This document shows positions 1 through 14,082 of a stretch of 64,000 bases of DNA, in pieces (positions within the stretch are counted from its first letter, which is position 1; every line of letters begins with the position of its first letter). The stretch is taken from assembly GCF_006345805.1 (NCBI RefSeq), contig NC_043010.1:1054001-1118000 (forward strand), in the 5' to 3' direction. The stretch is from Octopus sinensis (Eukaryota). A program made the position numbers and the translations under genes. The notes below the pieces were generated by a model. That model was not told where the DNA came from. It did no database searches and saw nothing but the letters and a program-made list of their open reading frames with translations.

Positions 1-410
1 GATGGTGATGATGATGATGATGACTGAGGTGAAAACAGCCATGATGGTAATGGCAAAGGTTCTGTGATGATGATGATGATGGTGATGATGATGACAATGA
101 TGGCAAAGACAACAGTGATGGTGGTTGTGATGATGATGATGATGATGATGATGGAGATGAAGTTGGTGACAACAATGATGGTGATGATGATGAAGTTGGT
201 GATGACGATGGAGCTGGTGATGATGATGAAATTGATGAAGATGATGGAATTGGTGACAATGATGGAGTTGGGGATGTCAATGGAGTTGGGGATGTCAATG
301 GAGTTGGTGATGACGACAGAATGGCGACGACGATGGAGTCAGTTGTGTCACTCCTGCTGCTGCTGCTGCTGATGATGATGATGAGGAGGAGAAGGACAAT
401 AATGAGGGTG
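1..410. repeat. (GAT)n/(GGT)n trinucleotide low-complexity tract
   Basis: Imperfect GAT/GGT repeats; source of the spurious poly-Met ORF 64..372. Confidence 0.9.
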
Positions 411-1020
411 ATGTGTGGTGCCATGTTTACTAGGTGGAGGCCACTCAAGCTTGTGTAGCGTTCTTTAGTTTGCCAGGATGACTAAAAGTATCCTCTGTTT
501 TTTTTTTTTTGTTTGTGTGTGTGTATGAAAAAGAGAGAGTGAGAGAATTGAAGGAGAGAGAGAGAGAATGTGTGTGTGTGTGTGCTGTCGCTCCCCCCTC
601 CACTTCTGTCCTCCAGCCCTCCACCTAACCATGGTATGTTCAGATGCTGGTTTGATTAATGGCTCCCTTGGTTGCTTCAGTTGAGTTCCTGCGTTGGTGT
701 CTAAGAAACTACTGAAGCTAAAATCTAAAATGTCTAAACATTATTTTATTAATGATTACTAACCAATAAATAAAGCAATAAATATTAGAAAATAATTTAT
801 TTTATCCATTTTTCTACAAAAAAAAATAATAATCTTATTTTCTTAGCAATTTATTTGGATATTAAGAATGTAGCTCAGCTCCATTCAACACATCTTGGGT
901 ACTTTCTGGAACAATTAAATCGACATTAAACATTTTAATATTGTTTTTGTTTAAATTTTAAATGCAAGAACAGCCGCACCCGTGATGCTTTTTTGGTGAC
1001 TCTATGACTGATGGGTGAAG

Positions 1021-1160
1021 GCACATGGCCCAGTGGTTAGGGTGTTGCACTCATGATCACAAGATTGCAGTTTCAATTCCCAGGTCAGCAATGCATTGTG
1101 TTCTTGAGCAAAACACTTCATTCCAGATAGCTCCAGTCATCTCAACTGCAAATGAATAAC
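1021..1160 (+). mobile_element. tRNA-derived SINE family F, 5' part
   Basis: A-box-like tggcccagtgg, degenerate B box, then gtgttcttgagcaaaacactt shared with copies at 7061, 7736, 41312 and 58731. Confidence 0.7.
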
Positions 1161-2502
1161 TCTGTAAGGAATCGGCAGGAGAAAATATTGTGATTTTTAT
1201 CACTTGTATGCCACGGGGACTGAGTACCTGGCCCCATAAGTCTTGAGACTCCAAGTAGTAATGTCCCGGACGAAGAGAGTATAGACTGAAGACAGACAGG
1301 AAGGAAGATATTTTTAGACCAGAGACTTCGACTGTAATGGTTCTGCTGCTTAATTTTTTTTTTTTATTGTTAGTTTTACACATTTTATTGACTCTAAAAT
1401 GATGGAAGGTGAAGCTGACCTCAGCTGAATTTGAACTCAAAGTTCACAGAATCAACATTCTGATGACCCTGCCAATTCACCACTCATATCTTATCCGACC
1501 CATCCTGATGTCAAATTTTTGTCTACCAAATTTACCTCTCAAGGTTTTGAATGATTTAGGCATATGGTAAAAGACTTGCTCACGGTGTCAAACTGTAGGA
1601 CTGAACACAAAAACCACGTCTCTCAGAAACAAACTTCTTAAGTACACAGCAGTCACACTCACATCCACTAATGTTATGTTCCCCATTCTGTGATGTATTT
1701 CAGATTAGATTTTTAATACCCACTATATTAAATACATTAACACTAACTTAACTATTGTTTTCTCATGCAGATAGCATTACTGAGTAATGAACTTCAGTGA
1801 TCTATCGTGTAAATGAGTTGCACAATTTCATATTTGATTTCAATTGGAAAACAGGAGTTGAGACTTAAACATAGGGAAAAACTAACATTAAGAAGGGGAA
1901 AAATTTTGTACCAAAATTTAACAGAAAATTCAGGAGGTAACAAGTAATTCTGGTGCATATGTCGTCGTCATCATCGTCATCATCATCGTCATTTAACTTG
2001 CGTTGTCCATGCTGGCATGGATTGGATGGTTTCACCAGAGCTGACAAGCTGGGAAGCAGCAGCAACATCACCATTATCACCTCCATGACTATCACTAACA
2101 ACAACTAGACAACCCAGCAAGGGAGCCACTACATCACTACATGGTAACTCAATCTGCACAAGAAATAGCAGCCAAATCTACCTCAAATTGAACTTTTACC
2201 ATCTTCAATGAAAACCAAATTGCAAATTGGATAATGAAGTTTTAGAATCCCTCCTTCCACACATGATGATGGCAGTGGTGGGGGTGGTGGTGGTGTGGTG
2301 GTGGTGATGGTCCACTAAAATGGACTAAAATGGCAGGATGGTCACAGCTGGAATGTCTTCCATTACAGGTCTGTTCTCTCAACATTGTTCAGTGTTTCAA
2401 ACAACATCTACATATGCAAACATCTTCGCTACAAACAAATGCATGTTTTATTAACACTAAGGTTTAGAGAAAAAAAATTGGTAGCACCTCCACTGCCAAT
2501 AT

Positions 2503-3320
2503 CACCACCACCACCACCACCACCACCACCACCACCACCACCACCACCACCACCACCACCACCACCACCACTACTTACAGCAACGACTTTTTCATTACGA
2601 CAATAACAACAACAATTACAACTCAGAAAAACAAAAAAGAAACGACAACAAAAGAAAACCAAAGAGGCAAAACAAATATATAAACACACAGATGTATAGA
2701 TAAAACATAAGACCAATGTTAGCACAAATATTTCTACATCTTAGATTTTTTTTGTTTGGCTTCCTTGGAGCTGTGGAACTTCACGAAGGAAAATAAGTTG
2801 GGAATAAAAAAAAATATTACATTAATAAGTAAAATGATGATGATAATGATGATACTAGTGATGATAGTGGTGGTGTTGGTGGGGTGGATGACGGTGTGGT
2901 GGTGGTGGCTGATGAGAGTGGTGACGGGTGGATGATGGTGTGATGATGGTGGCTGAGATGATGATGATACTGATAATGATGCTGATGGTGATAATGGTGG
3001 TGGTGATAATGGTGGAGGTGATGGTGATGATGGTGGAAGTGGTGGTGGTGGTGGTGATGATGGAAGTGATTTTGGTGATGGTTATTATGGTAATGATGAA
3101 GATGGCAGTGGTGGTGGTGGTGGCGTGTGATAATGATGGTGAAGGTGATGATGGCGGTGGAGGTGATGATGATGATCAAGATAATAGCAATGGTGTTGTT
3201 GTTCACGATAATGGTGATGATAATGAAGATGATGGCAGTAGTGGTAGAGGTGGTGATGATGAGGAAAGGGATGGAGAAGGTGATTGATGACGACAATGAT
3301 GATGATGGTGATAAATGTAA
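2503..3320. repeat. (CAC)n and (GAT/GGT)n microsatellites
   Basis: Pure (CAC)n at about 2503-2571 and mixed GAT/GGT at about 2820-3320; these explain the poly-Pro, Gly, His and Met ORFs. Confidence 0.9.
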
Positions 3321-4942
3321 TGCATAAATTCAATTATTTCATCCTTTAACCTTTTCCAGCCTATCAGGTGCGGCCATGCTGGAGCACTGCCATTGCATAG
3401 ATATAGATATACCAACTCCTCTGTGCAACAAAGAAACCATCTAATATTTCACCAAACGTCATCGTCATCATCATCATCATCATCATCTAGTCACTGTCAC
3501 CCTCATCGCCCCCACCTCAACCTTCAGCACCACTGCTACCAGTACCATCACCATCACCACTAGCACCACCACCTTCACCATCAATGCTCTCTCACCATTG
3601 TAAATATGTACCACTATGACCACCATCCTCCTCCTCATCATCATCATCTATATTACCACCATAACCATCATCATCATCATTGTATCAATATAATCATCAT
3701 CATCATTGTATCAATATAATCATCAGCATCATTGCATCAACATCATCATCATCACCATTGTAACTACTGCCATCATCACCATCAATATCACCATCATATT
3801 GTCATCAGTGACATCATCACAGTCATCATCATTGTCCTCGCTGCAAAAAAACCCACCAAACAAGAAATAAAACAAAAAGAAAGAACAAAAAACAAAACTA
3901 CAAATGTAAAAACCCAAACATGTCCCATGGTAAATCTACCAACCGAATTATTAGCAAAGAGGAATACAGAGGTAAATACGGAAAACAAAAAAAAAACAAT
4001 AACAACCAACAAAATATAAATAACAAAAGAAACAATAATAATAATAATTAACAATAACAATAAAAATAAACTAAAATAAGTAAACACACGTATGTACATG
4101 TGTGTGTGTGTGTGTGTATATGTGTACACACACACACACACACAAAATAAATGTGTATATATTAGAAAAATGAAATAGAAGACTACAAAATATACATATG
4201 TGCAAAAACTAATATATTTTGGCTTTTATGCTCACAAAAATCAATAACATTTATTTTCTCCTGGCTTAAAAAATACAAATACGCATATAAATATATATAT
4301 GAATATATAAGTATACGTACACACGTGTGTACGTGTGCTTCTGTGTATGAGTTCGTGTGTGTGTGTGTGTTTATATAGTTTGTATGTGTGCTTATGTGTG
4401 TGTTTTGTTAATAAAATGAATTACAATACAAGAACGAAGGAAAAAAAAATTAAGGACAACAACAAATGGAAAAAGAAAACAAATAAATATAAAATATAAA
4501 CACATATACACGCAAAAAAAAATACATGGATAAGTAAAACTGAAAAATAGATTAATAATAATAATCTGACAGCGACAAGAACAACAAGAACATAGACATA
4601 ATAAAGATGAAGGAAAAAGAAAAGGGAAAAGAATATAGTTTGGTATAAATGAAAGTGAGTGGGTGACAGTGGGAGGTATAGAGAAAGAGAGAGAGAGAGA
4701 GAGAGAGGGGGAGGAAGGGAAGAAGAAAGCATGAAAGTATAGAGAGGAAAAAAAGAGTTAATGATATATGTATATAAACACACATATACATACATACATA
4801 TATATATACACACATACAAACAAACACATACACACACACAAATGTATATGTAAGTACCAAAGAAATATAGTGTGTAAAGTTCTAAAAGGCAAAAATATGC
4901 ATGTGTTAAAATGCACACTTATATATTATGCTTGTTTATGGG

Positions 4943-4973
<31 letters not shown>

Positions 4974-5508
4974 GCACATACATATACATACATTTGTATA
5001 CATATACATACACATGCATATATATACACACACATATATATACACATGCATATATGTATATACACATATATATATATACGTACATATATATCTACATATA
5101 TATATCAACATACATACACATACATATATCTACATGCATACACAAACAGATACACACACATACATATATATTTACACATACACACAATATACACACACAC
5201 AGACACATATATTGATGATTATTTGTGTGTGAGGAAAGTGCCAAAGAAAACAGTGAAAGGGGAGGAAAAATAATAGAAAATGCAAAAAAAAATGTTTTTA
5301 AAGGAAATAAAAGAAAACAAAAGAGAAACAAAACAAAACAAAACAGCAGGATAAAATAATGGAAAAAAAAAATAATAATTCATTTTGTCTTGCATATTCA
5401 TAAGATTCGAAAAAAAAAAAATAACATTTTATTTTCTTCTGACTTGAATTTCGTAAAGACAAAAAACAAAAAGAAACAATAATCTAAATAATAATAATAA
5501 TCTAAATA

Positions 5509-5540
<32 letters not shown>

Positions 5541-6238
5541 GATGATGATGATAATAATAATAATCAGGATAATAACAGTAATAATATTGTGTGTGGAGGA
5601 AGGTATGGGGGCTACATAACATAGATGTAAGCTGAAAGAAAATTACAACCCCTCGAAAATATATGAAGAAAATTGTTGGAGCCATTTTGGTGAAGGGTAT
5701 ATTTATAAATTCATGTGTAAACTGGAGAGAAAAGAAGAGCAAAATAAAAAACACAAAAAACAAAAAACAAAAACGAAACAGAATAATAATAATGTACATT
5801 GGAATCAATATGAATGTAAGTATAACATGTGAGTGTATGAATGTATATACATATATATATGCATGATTTTATATATTCATATATATATGTATGCATGCAT
5901 GTATACTCATACAAAAATATATACACATATATATATGTATGCATATATATACATATATACACATATGTATGCTCAAATATCAATCAAGCTCTCTCTTATT
6001 CTTTGCCTCCACTGGCACATACATATGCATAATTATGCACTTAGTTACATGCACTCATACATATATACATACATACATTCATATATACATACATACATAC
6101 ATATATACATACATACATACATATATACATACATACATATATAGAATCATTACTCTTAAGACGAACACAAAGTTGAAAATATTCATGTTATTATGCTCTT
6201 TTTGTTTTTAATTATTTTTCATATTTGCCTGTGCGTAA

Positions 6239-6278
<40 letters not shown>

Positions 6279-6520
6279 GCCCCCCACAATCACACACACA
6301 AGTGAATGGACAAACAAAAATGTCACTTCCATAGCTTAAAACAACATGACCTGAGCTGACCAAAAGAGGCCTAACATCTAAAAGCCATTTTAGATGCGGA
6401 GGATATCTAATGAGAAATCCATCCATATACTCACAAATCTTTAAGTCATATGGATCTGAGTCAAACTTAGATCGTTAGCCCCTACACACATTTTTTTCTC
6501 TCCTTGCTTTTTCTGTGTCC

Positions 6521-6556
6521 CTTTCTGTAGAAGAGCGTAGGCTCGAAACATAAAAG
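6521..6556 (+). ncRNA. Variant minimal type I hammerhead-like motif (core CUGUAGA)
   Basis: cttt-ctgtaga-a-gagc(gtag)gctc-gaaa-cat-a-aaag: stem I CUUU/AAAG, 4-bp stem II and GAAA are present. A6 is U, and the stem III palindrome is ACAU rather than ACGU. Confidence 0.45.
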
Positions 6557-6755
6557 ACTTTTTCTATTCCTGAGAGTTATACTAATACATCTGTTTGTTT
6601 TGTACACCACTTGTCTTCGTCTTTTGCTTTTTTCGTAAACTCTTCCTATATATATATATATATATTATATATATGTGTGTATGTATATATATAATATATA
6701 TATATATGTGTATGTATATATATAATATACTTTATTTTAAGCAGCAGAAAATTCA

Positions 6756-6807
6756 ACAAAATCTGTTACTCTGAGTTTCTCGTTGCCGTTCATCAGACAG
6801 TTTTTGC
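6756..6807 (-). ncRNA. Type I hammerhead ribozyme motif
   Basis: Minus strand GCAAAAACUGU-CUGAUGA-A-CG(GCAA)CG-A-GAAA-CUCAGAG-U-A-ACAGAUUUUGU: intact core, GUA site, stem I of 4 bp + mismatch + 6 bp, quasi-palindromic stem III. Stem II is weak. Confidence 0.75.
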
Positions 6808-6871
6808 TAGAATGGAACTGATATATCAATTGAATTGAATTGAATTGAATTGATATATCGGTTCCATTCTA

Positions 6872-6923
6872 GCAAAAACTGTCTGATGAATGGCAACGAG
6901 AAACTCAGAGTAACAGATTTTGT
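6872..6923 (+). ncRNA. Type I hammerhead ribozyme motif
   Basis: CUGAUGA 6883-6889, GAAA 6900-6903, GUA 6910-6912 (predicted cut after 6912), stem I CUGU/ACAG plus GCAAAA/UUUUGU. Stem II is minimal. Confidence 0.75.
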
Positions 6924-7060
6924 TGAATTTTCTGCTGCTTAAAATAAAGCATATTACTCTACCACTGGTATTTGAGTACTCTTTTTTCCACCTTGTTTCA
7001 CATTTATGTGTTTACTCCGGTATATATAATATATATATATTTTATTATCAGTTATCAGTA

Positions 7061-7327
7061 TATGTTGTGTTCTTGAGCAATACACTTTATTTCACATTGC
7101 TCCAGTTCCCTCATCTGTAGAAATGAGTTGTGACTTCACTGGTGCCAAGCTGTATTGGCCCCTTTGCTTTTCCCTTGGATAACATTGGTGGTGAGAAGAG
7201 AGGAGACAGGTATGCATGGGCGATTGCTGGTCTTCCATAAACAACCTTGCCTGGACTTGTGCCTCGGAGGGTGACTTTCTTGATGCAATCCCATGGTCAG
7301 TGTCGTGACCAAAGGCCATCTTTACCC
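7061..7327 (+). mobile_element. SINE family F (5'-truncated)
   Basis: Body and tail match the copies at 7736-8020, 41312-41585 and 53941-54160. Confidence 0.8.
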
Positions 7328-7735
7328 ATTACCCTTTTATCAGTTATCCATAGACGAAACTATATCATTCTTCCTGTCATCATTTTTTCTGCACAAAATA
7401 GCATCTGCTGATTGCAAGTCCTCACTGAACAGTTCTTATTTCACAGATTTCCTTCACTTAAATGGACTGTCTTCATTAAAACTGGTGAACACCTCCTACC
7501 TTAAATTCTACTGGATAGCTGTTGACACTCTTCAGTATCTTTACCCTTTGGGAAGGTCTTGTTTTCCATCCTGGAAGGTGTCTAAAAGCCACCCGCCTCA
7601 CCAAGCAAGCTTGTTGGGTTTTCTGGGTTTAGTTGCTAATGACCCAACCACACAAGGTGTACAAGATTACATGTTACCAGTAGTGCAAGAGCAACCTCTC
7701 TCTCTCTCTCTCTCACACACACACATATTTAGGAG

Positions 7736-8020
7736 GACCCACTTTGGTCATGAATGATCATGGGATTGCACCTAGAAAGTTCCCCCCTGAAGTACAAGTC
7801 CAAGGTTACTTATGGAAGACCAGCAGTCGCCCATGCATACCAGTCTCCCCTCTCCACACCACTGATGTTATCCAAGGGAAAAGCAAAGGGGCCGATACAG
7901 CTTGGCATCAGTGATGTTGCAATTCATTTCAGACAGCTGAGTGAATTGGAGCAATGTGAAATAAAGTGTCTTGCTCAAGAACACAACACACAGCCCAATC
8001 CAGCAATTGAACTCACTACC
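7736..8020 (-). mobile_element. SINE family F
   Basis: Reverse complement of 7061-7327 plus part of the tRNA-like head. Confidence 0.8.
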
Positions 8021-8454
8021 CCATATATATATATTTTATATATGTGTGTGTGTTATGTATATCTGTTTGTGTGTATATATGCATTTACAATTATAGAGTA
8101 TCATTATTGCTGTAACAGTCCAGTCATAGGTTTTCATATTAATATAGGTTGGATTAGTCTGCAATGGTATTTGACATGTCTGCTAGTTAAATACTATGCT
8201 CCAATGTTCTCAAGACCAATCAAGCTAACTCATGTTCAGCCCCACCACCACCACCTCCACCTCCATACCACCACCACACCAACTCATACATTAACCAAGT
8301 CCAACATCATTTCATCATTTTCTCCTCACACATTGTGTATTTTTCCTTTCCCCCTTTTGCAGGCACCAACTACATGGGGTTTAATTTCTACAAAGGATTT
8401 AAGTTAGAAAGAGGTAATTTCAAGAGTCCATAGACTCAGCATCTCACATTCTGT

Positions 8455-8656
8455 TTATTGCCCACAAGGGGCTAAACATAGAGGGGACAAACAAGGACAG
8501 ACAAATGGATTAAGTCGATTACATCGACCCCAGTGCGTAACTGGTACTTAATTTATCGAGCCCGAAAGGATGAAAGGCAAAGTCGACCTTGGCAGAATTT
8601 GAACTCAGAACGTAACGGCAAACGAAATACGGCATTTCGCCCGGTGTGCTAACGAT
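8455..8656 (-). mobile_element. SINE family B (tRNA-like head, Deu/Nin-like central domain)
   Basis: Reverse complement of the 16758 copy; central gcctttcatcctttcggg...taagtaccagt resembles DeuSINE/Nin domains (recognition only). Confidence 0.8.
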
Positions 8657-9408
8657 TGTTGTCCTGAGTAAATATGGCAGCTTGACAATTATAGAACAAT
8701 GTCTCACCGTAGACTTTTGGAGAATTCTTTGACATATTCATGGTTCTGTTATGATTTGTCTCTGCAGATTAGTCTATTTTGATTGGTTTGTTAGTCAAAC
8801 ATACCATGTACTGTCAGTAATGTCTATGGTCATATTTGTATATCAATGTACACTCACAGATGGATATATATGTAATGGTAGACACACACATACAGGCATA
8901 CATATACAGAGATTTATAAATAGATAGACAGACAAATGAATGAACAGATGTATAGAAGGATTAATAGATAGGTGGATAAATAGATGGATAAACTGATTGA
9001 TAAGTGGATAAATAGATGGACGGAGGGATGAACAGAAAGATGGATGAGATGGATAAGATAAACAGGCAGAGAGATTGATGGAAGGATAAACAGAGAGATG
9101 GGTGGACAAACAGAGAGACGGATGGATAAACAGACAGTTAGATGGATATACAGATAAATAGATGGATAAATAATGGGCAGATAGTCAGATAGATAGTTAG
9201 ATGAGATGTTAAGTGATAGATAAATGGATAAGTATCTTTTATCTATTAACTCGTTTCTGTCATTAGGCTGTGGCCATGCTAGGGCACCACCTTCAAGAAT
9301 TTTCAATATTTTTTTGTTAAGCCTGATATTTATTATATCAGTCCCTTTTGTTGAACAACTACACTAAAGGGACGTATACACACCAGTTTTTAAATGGAGG
9401 TGCAGGAC

Positions 9409-9446
<38 letters not shown>

Positions 9447-9477
9447 GTATAGAGATAGAAAGACAGATGTACATATA

Positions 9478-9512
<35 letters not shown>

Positions 9513-9705
9513 CACCACTTGACAAATGGTGCTGGTTTGTTTGTGTTCCCAAAAGTAAGTTCTTTGACAGGGAGAGACTAACAGAATAAGCATCATTCAT
9601 GAAATAGGTACAAGAGTTGATTTTGTTGGAAAAACCTTTTACAAAACACTTTGAAGTTGTGCTGAAGGATGGTCATGGTACAATGACTAAAACCAAAGAG
9701 ATTAT

Positions 9706-10005
9706 CTTTTATGTTTCAGTCATTGGACTGTAGCCATGCTGGGGCACCACCTTTTTAGTCAAATGAATTGATCACTTTACTTAGCACTTTTGCGAAACCA
9801 CTAAGCTACAGGGACGTAAACACACCAACACTGGTTGTCAAATGGTGGCTGGGGACAAACATAGACATAAAGACACACACACACTTGATGGGGTTCTTTC
9901 AGTTTCCATCTACCAAATCCACTCACAAGGCTTTGGTCTGCACAAGGCTGGGACTGAACCTGAAACCATGTGGTGGGAAACAGACTTCTTACCACACAGT
10001 GATGC
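9706..10005 (-). mobile_element. SINE family A
   Basis: Shared tail tttcagtcatt..gccatgctggggcacc, internal (CA)n and tRNA-like head; more than 15 fragments in the window. Confidence 0.8.
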
Positions 10006-10021
10006 CTATGCATAGATATAT

Positions 10022-10067
<46 letters not shown>

Positions 10068-10742
10068 CGGGAAGCTTTATGAAAATAGACAAAAGACGAA
10101 GGCAGGTGGAATACATATATATATATATATACCTTTACTATTTCTCCTCTGTCTATCTCTCTCCCTCTCTTGTTCTTCATCCTTTCTGGTTTTCTCTCCC
10201 ACCCTTCCCTATTCTTCTCCTCTCCCCTTCACCATTCCCTCTCTCTCAGTCCTCCTCCTTGACTCTCTCATCCTCCTCGAGTTCAGAATATTTTTTCTAT
10301 CGTCTCGGCTTAACAGCCCTCACCCTTTGTTTTTACTGTTTTGTTCTCACTGTCCTGTTCCTGTTACCAATTTCACCCTCTGCAAAAAGTTCCAAATTTT
10401 ATTTGATTTGCTTTGCGGGAAGGACTGTTTCAACGAAGTCGCATCTTGTCCTTGCCTTCGAGACGTGGTGTAGATGAAACAGGGACAACTGAAGAAGGGG
10501 AATATTCTTTATGTTGTATGTCGCATTTCTCTGATTGTTTTATTTTCCCTGTTTGGAAAAAAGTTCGTTTCTATGTTTTTGTTTTTATGTTTTCCTTTCT
10601 CATTGTGTTCAACGTTTCTTTGATGTCCTGTACTCATATATGCATGTATATATATACATATATACGTAGGTATGTACATATATGTATATATATATGCATA
10701 TATCTATATATCATTTATATTATATTTATATTATATATATAT

Positions 10743-10777
<35 letters not shown>

Positions 10778-10905
10778 TGGCCTGCTTGTTTAGCCAGCGG
10801 GGTGGTGTGATTTGAAGGCTAAAAACAATGCGAAGCACAATGTGACCAGCGATGTGTAGCAACATCTGACAACCTGGTCGGTCACGGTGATCATGGTGAT
10901 ATATA
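10778..10905 (+). mobile_element. SINE family C, 3' fragment
   Basis: Matches 20985-21100; flanked by (TA)n. Confidence 0.75.
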
Positions 10906-11166
10906 TATGTAATGCTTGTGTATATGCTTTCAAACAGTTTTTATCAACCAACTTCTGCTCACAATGCATTGATCAGCCCAGGTCTATGTTACAAACCATT
11001 TGTGCGTAAGTTCATAATTAGAAACACATGTATATCATCTCAAACATATGTGTATAAACACACACACACACATTTGTATAGCATTGTAGCACTTATTCAT
11101 ATTTACACAAAATTCTGTACATATGTGTAACTACTTCCTTTTAATTACTTATATACATGCATACCT

Positions 11167-11204
<38 letters not shown>

Positions 11205-11799
11205 GAGTGCAAGACTACATATTCACATATTCACATTCATGTGTATATATTTATATGTCCATATGTTTTATTGTAAGACTGTATGTATAAATGAATTAAA
11301 TACAAAGCTGTACACACAACAATTACCTGTCGTGCACCTGAGCACTATATACAATAAGCGTATTATTATTCTATATTCATAGACAACTGTATGTGTATGT
11401 ATACACACACACACAACACACACACACATACAAACATACACGCATGTGTGCGCATATATAAAGGTTTTAATTCAGGTATACACTCACAATAAATGCATAA
11501 ACCCACAGACATGCAATATTCATCATCATCACAATAATTTAAGTCAGTTTTTCCACGCTTGCCTGGGTTATATTTAAGTGTGTGTGTGTGAGTGGTGTAT
11601 ATATGTGTATATGTATACATATGTATATACACACACAAACTTATTTATCTACGTGTCTTTATATATATATATATATATATGATGATGATGATGATATGTA
11701 TGAGAGAGATAAATAGAGGGAAAGATAGATATGTACAGATATACACACACACATACTCACATAGATACTTACATACATAGGTATCTACATACACACATC

Positions 11800-11845
<46 letters not shown>

Positions 11846-13054
11846 CATATATACTGGAGAGAAAGTGAGATAGAGAGAGTGAGTGAAAGAAAAGAAGAAA
11901 GCAATGAGGCAGGCAGTCAGCCAGGCAGGCAGTTACTCATGCACAAGTCGCAGCATGCAGCGGGTGGATATGGACAGGTAAATAGAAGCTGTACGTTATC
12001 TTGCCAAAACTTTAAACAGTTGTTGACAGAGCCGTATTTTCTTGTGCCTTCAACTGCTGCAACTGCACGCACTCCGTGCATAGGCTTATTGCTATGCACA
12101 TGCAAATCATTGCATGAACTAGAATGAACACGCACGCTGTCCACGTATGCGTGCACGTACGTATATAAGTCTTTGTATACAAGCTTATATGTGTGGGTGT
12201 GTGTGGGTGTGTGTGTGCATGCCTGTGTGTATGTGTGTGTATATATATATATATATATATGTATGTATTGGTGTATATATCTATATGTATTGTATATATT
12301 ATATATATTTAGATATCTATAATATATATGTATATATCTATAGATATATATATGTTGTATGTATACATATATAACATTAACCATGTGACTATGGGATGTG
12401 ATGTCATGTTGTGTGTGTGTGATGATTAGAAACTGTTGGAAGAGAAGTGAAACAGAAGAATTTTTAGGGTCAGCTTAGCAGGGGAAATGGGAGGCGAAGT
12501 GGGGGGGGAGGAGAGTGAAATGCAGTTAAAGTGAGAATACAAGAATACAAGATGGAGGAAAGATAGAGAGGAAGGTAAGGAAGAAGAGAGGAAGGACAGA
12601 TATTGGAAGAGAAAGAGTAATAAGCAAAGGCACATACATATATAAATGTAAATATGTAAATTATGCATGTGTGTGTATGTGTGTGTGATTATATGTATAC
12701 TTATGTATGTGGATATGTATATATGTGTGTGTGTGTGAGTATGTATATATGTATGTATACACACACACATGTATGTATGTATAAGAAAGTACTCAATACT
12801 CAAAGAAATAAGGCTAGTGCAATAAGAATCTTTGTTCCTTGTTTTAATATACATTGTATTCATAGATACACGCACACATATATATATGTATATATATATC
12901 AATAGATAAATAGATACACAGATACATACATACACAATCATATGTATGTACATGTCTATGCATATAAATAATACATACATATGCATATATACATATATAT
13001 TTGTATATCAGTGTGTGGGTGCGTGTATAATATATATAACAATATGTGGGTGTG

Positions 13055-13088
<34 letters not shown>

Positions 13089-14047
13089 ATATATATATAT
13101 ATATATAAATATAAAGATAATATATATATATTTAGTTATATATATTATATATATGTATTCATATTTATATATATATTATATATATCGAGATATATATATA
13201 TATATCTACATACATAGATAAATATAAATATATATATATATATATTAATATATATATATATCTATATATAGAATATATATATGTAACATATATATATATG
13301 GAGATAGAGACCGGCAGACAGAGAGCACAAGGAGGGAAGAGTAACAAATAAATTTCACAAGTCAATTCAATTTATTTCTCAAACAATGAATGTTTTTATG
13401 TTTCATGATATTTACAACGAATGTATTTATTGAAAGTTGGAAATGTATAATCCTTACTAATATTTCAAAACAAAATCATATATTTGAAATATTATATTTC
13501 CTTCCTTTAGTTGTGAATAAGTTCTTTCAGGCATGGAATGGTCTTTGAATCTACATATATTGCCAAATATCTCTGTATTTTGGATTATTTCAATTTATTC
13601 TTTCCATTCTAAAACTGGTTCCTGTTGGTAGGCTTGCAGTCACGCTCTGATGACCCTACCATCTTCAAAGCTTTGGTTTTTAGTCAACCATATCAGTATG
13701 TCCTCCCCACCGGCCATGCAGCTGCCCTGCACCCACAATTTTTCTGGGACTCATTTTTCTTTTCTTTTTTCTTTTGTCAGTGTTGTAAGGAACGGACGAC
13801 AGGCAAGGTGGACATGGGTGTAAAAAGGATGTAAATTAGATGGGAACAACTAGCACAAAATGTGTTGTTTCTTTCGTTTGGCAACCCCTTAACCATTATA
13901 CAGAGGAACTCTTGGCACTTAAATATACAACACACATACACACATTTATACATGGATATGTGTGTGTGTATATACATATCTGCCCACGTATACTTCTGTA
14001 CAAATATATATATATAAACACATAAACATACATATAGAGACATTAAC

Positions 14048-14082
<35 letters not shown>

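Larger units (their letters stand above)
6723..7020 (+). mobile_element. ORF-less twin-hammerhead fold-back element (Penelope pLTR-like)
   Basis: 109-bp inverted arms 6723-6831 and 6848-6956 with 3 mismatches and a (GAATT)n spacer. The plus arm continues past AATAAA (6943-6948) to about 7020. (TA)n tracts lie on both sides. Confidence 0.8.

Noticed and set aside
625-700. Minus-strand exon candidate (TNAGTQLKQPREPLIKPASEHTM)
   Set aside because: Plausible splice signals only; no homology or codon bias recognised.
7293-7757. 154-aa ORF and a faint RT-like EFKVGGVHQ on the minus strand
   Set aside because: The ORF starts and ends in SINEs, and the motif similarity is too short to support a call.
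10130-10640. Repeat homologous to 62630-63070 (minus) with an HHR-like three-way junction
   Set aside because: Stem pairing (ctgtttc/gaaacag) exists, but neither copy has both CUGANGA and GAAA; the nearby ctgaaga at about 10489 has no GAAA.
11940-11985. ATG GAC AG|gtaaat first-exon candidate (similarly 37978-38017)
   Set aside because: Isolated donor-like sites with no convincing downstream exon.
13610-13830. Short open frames on both strands
   Set aside because: No recognisable product and ambiguous acceptors.
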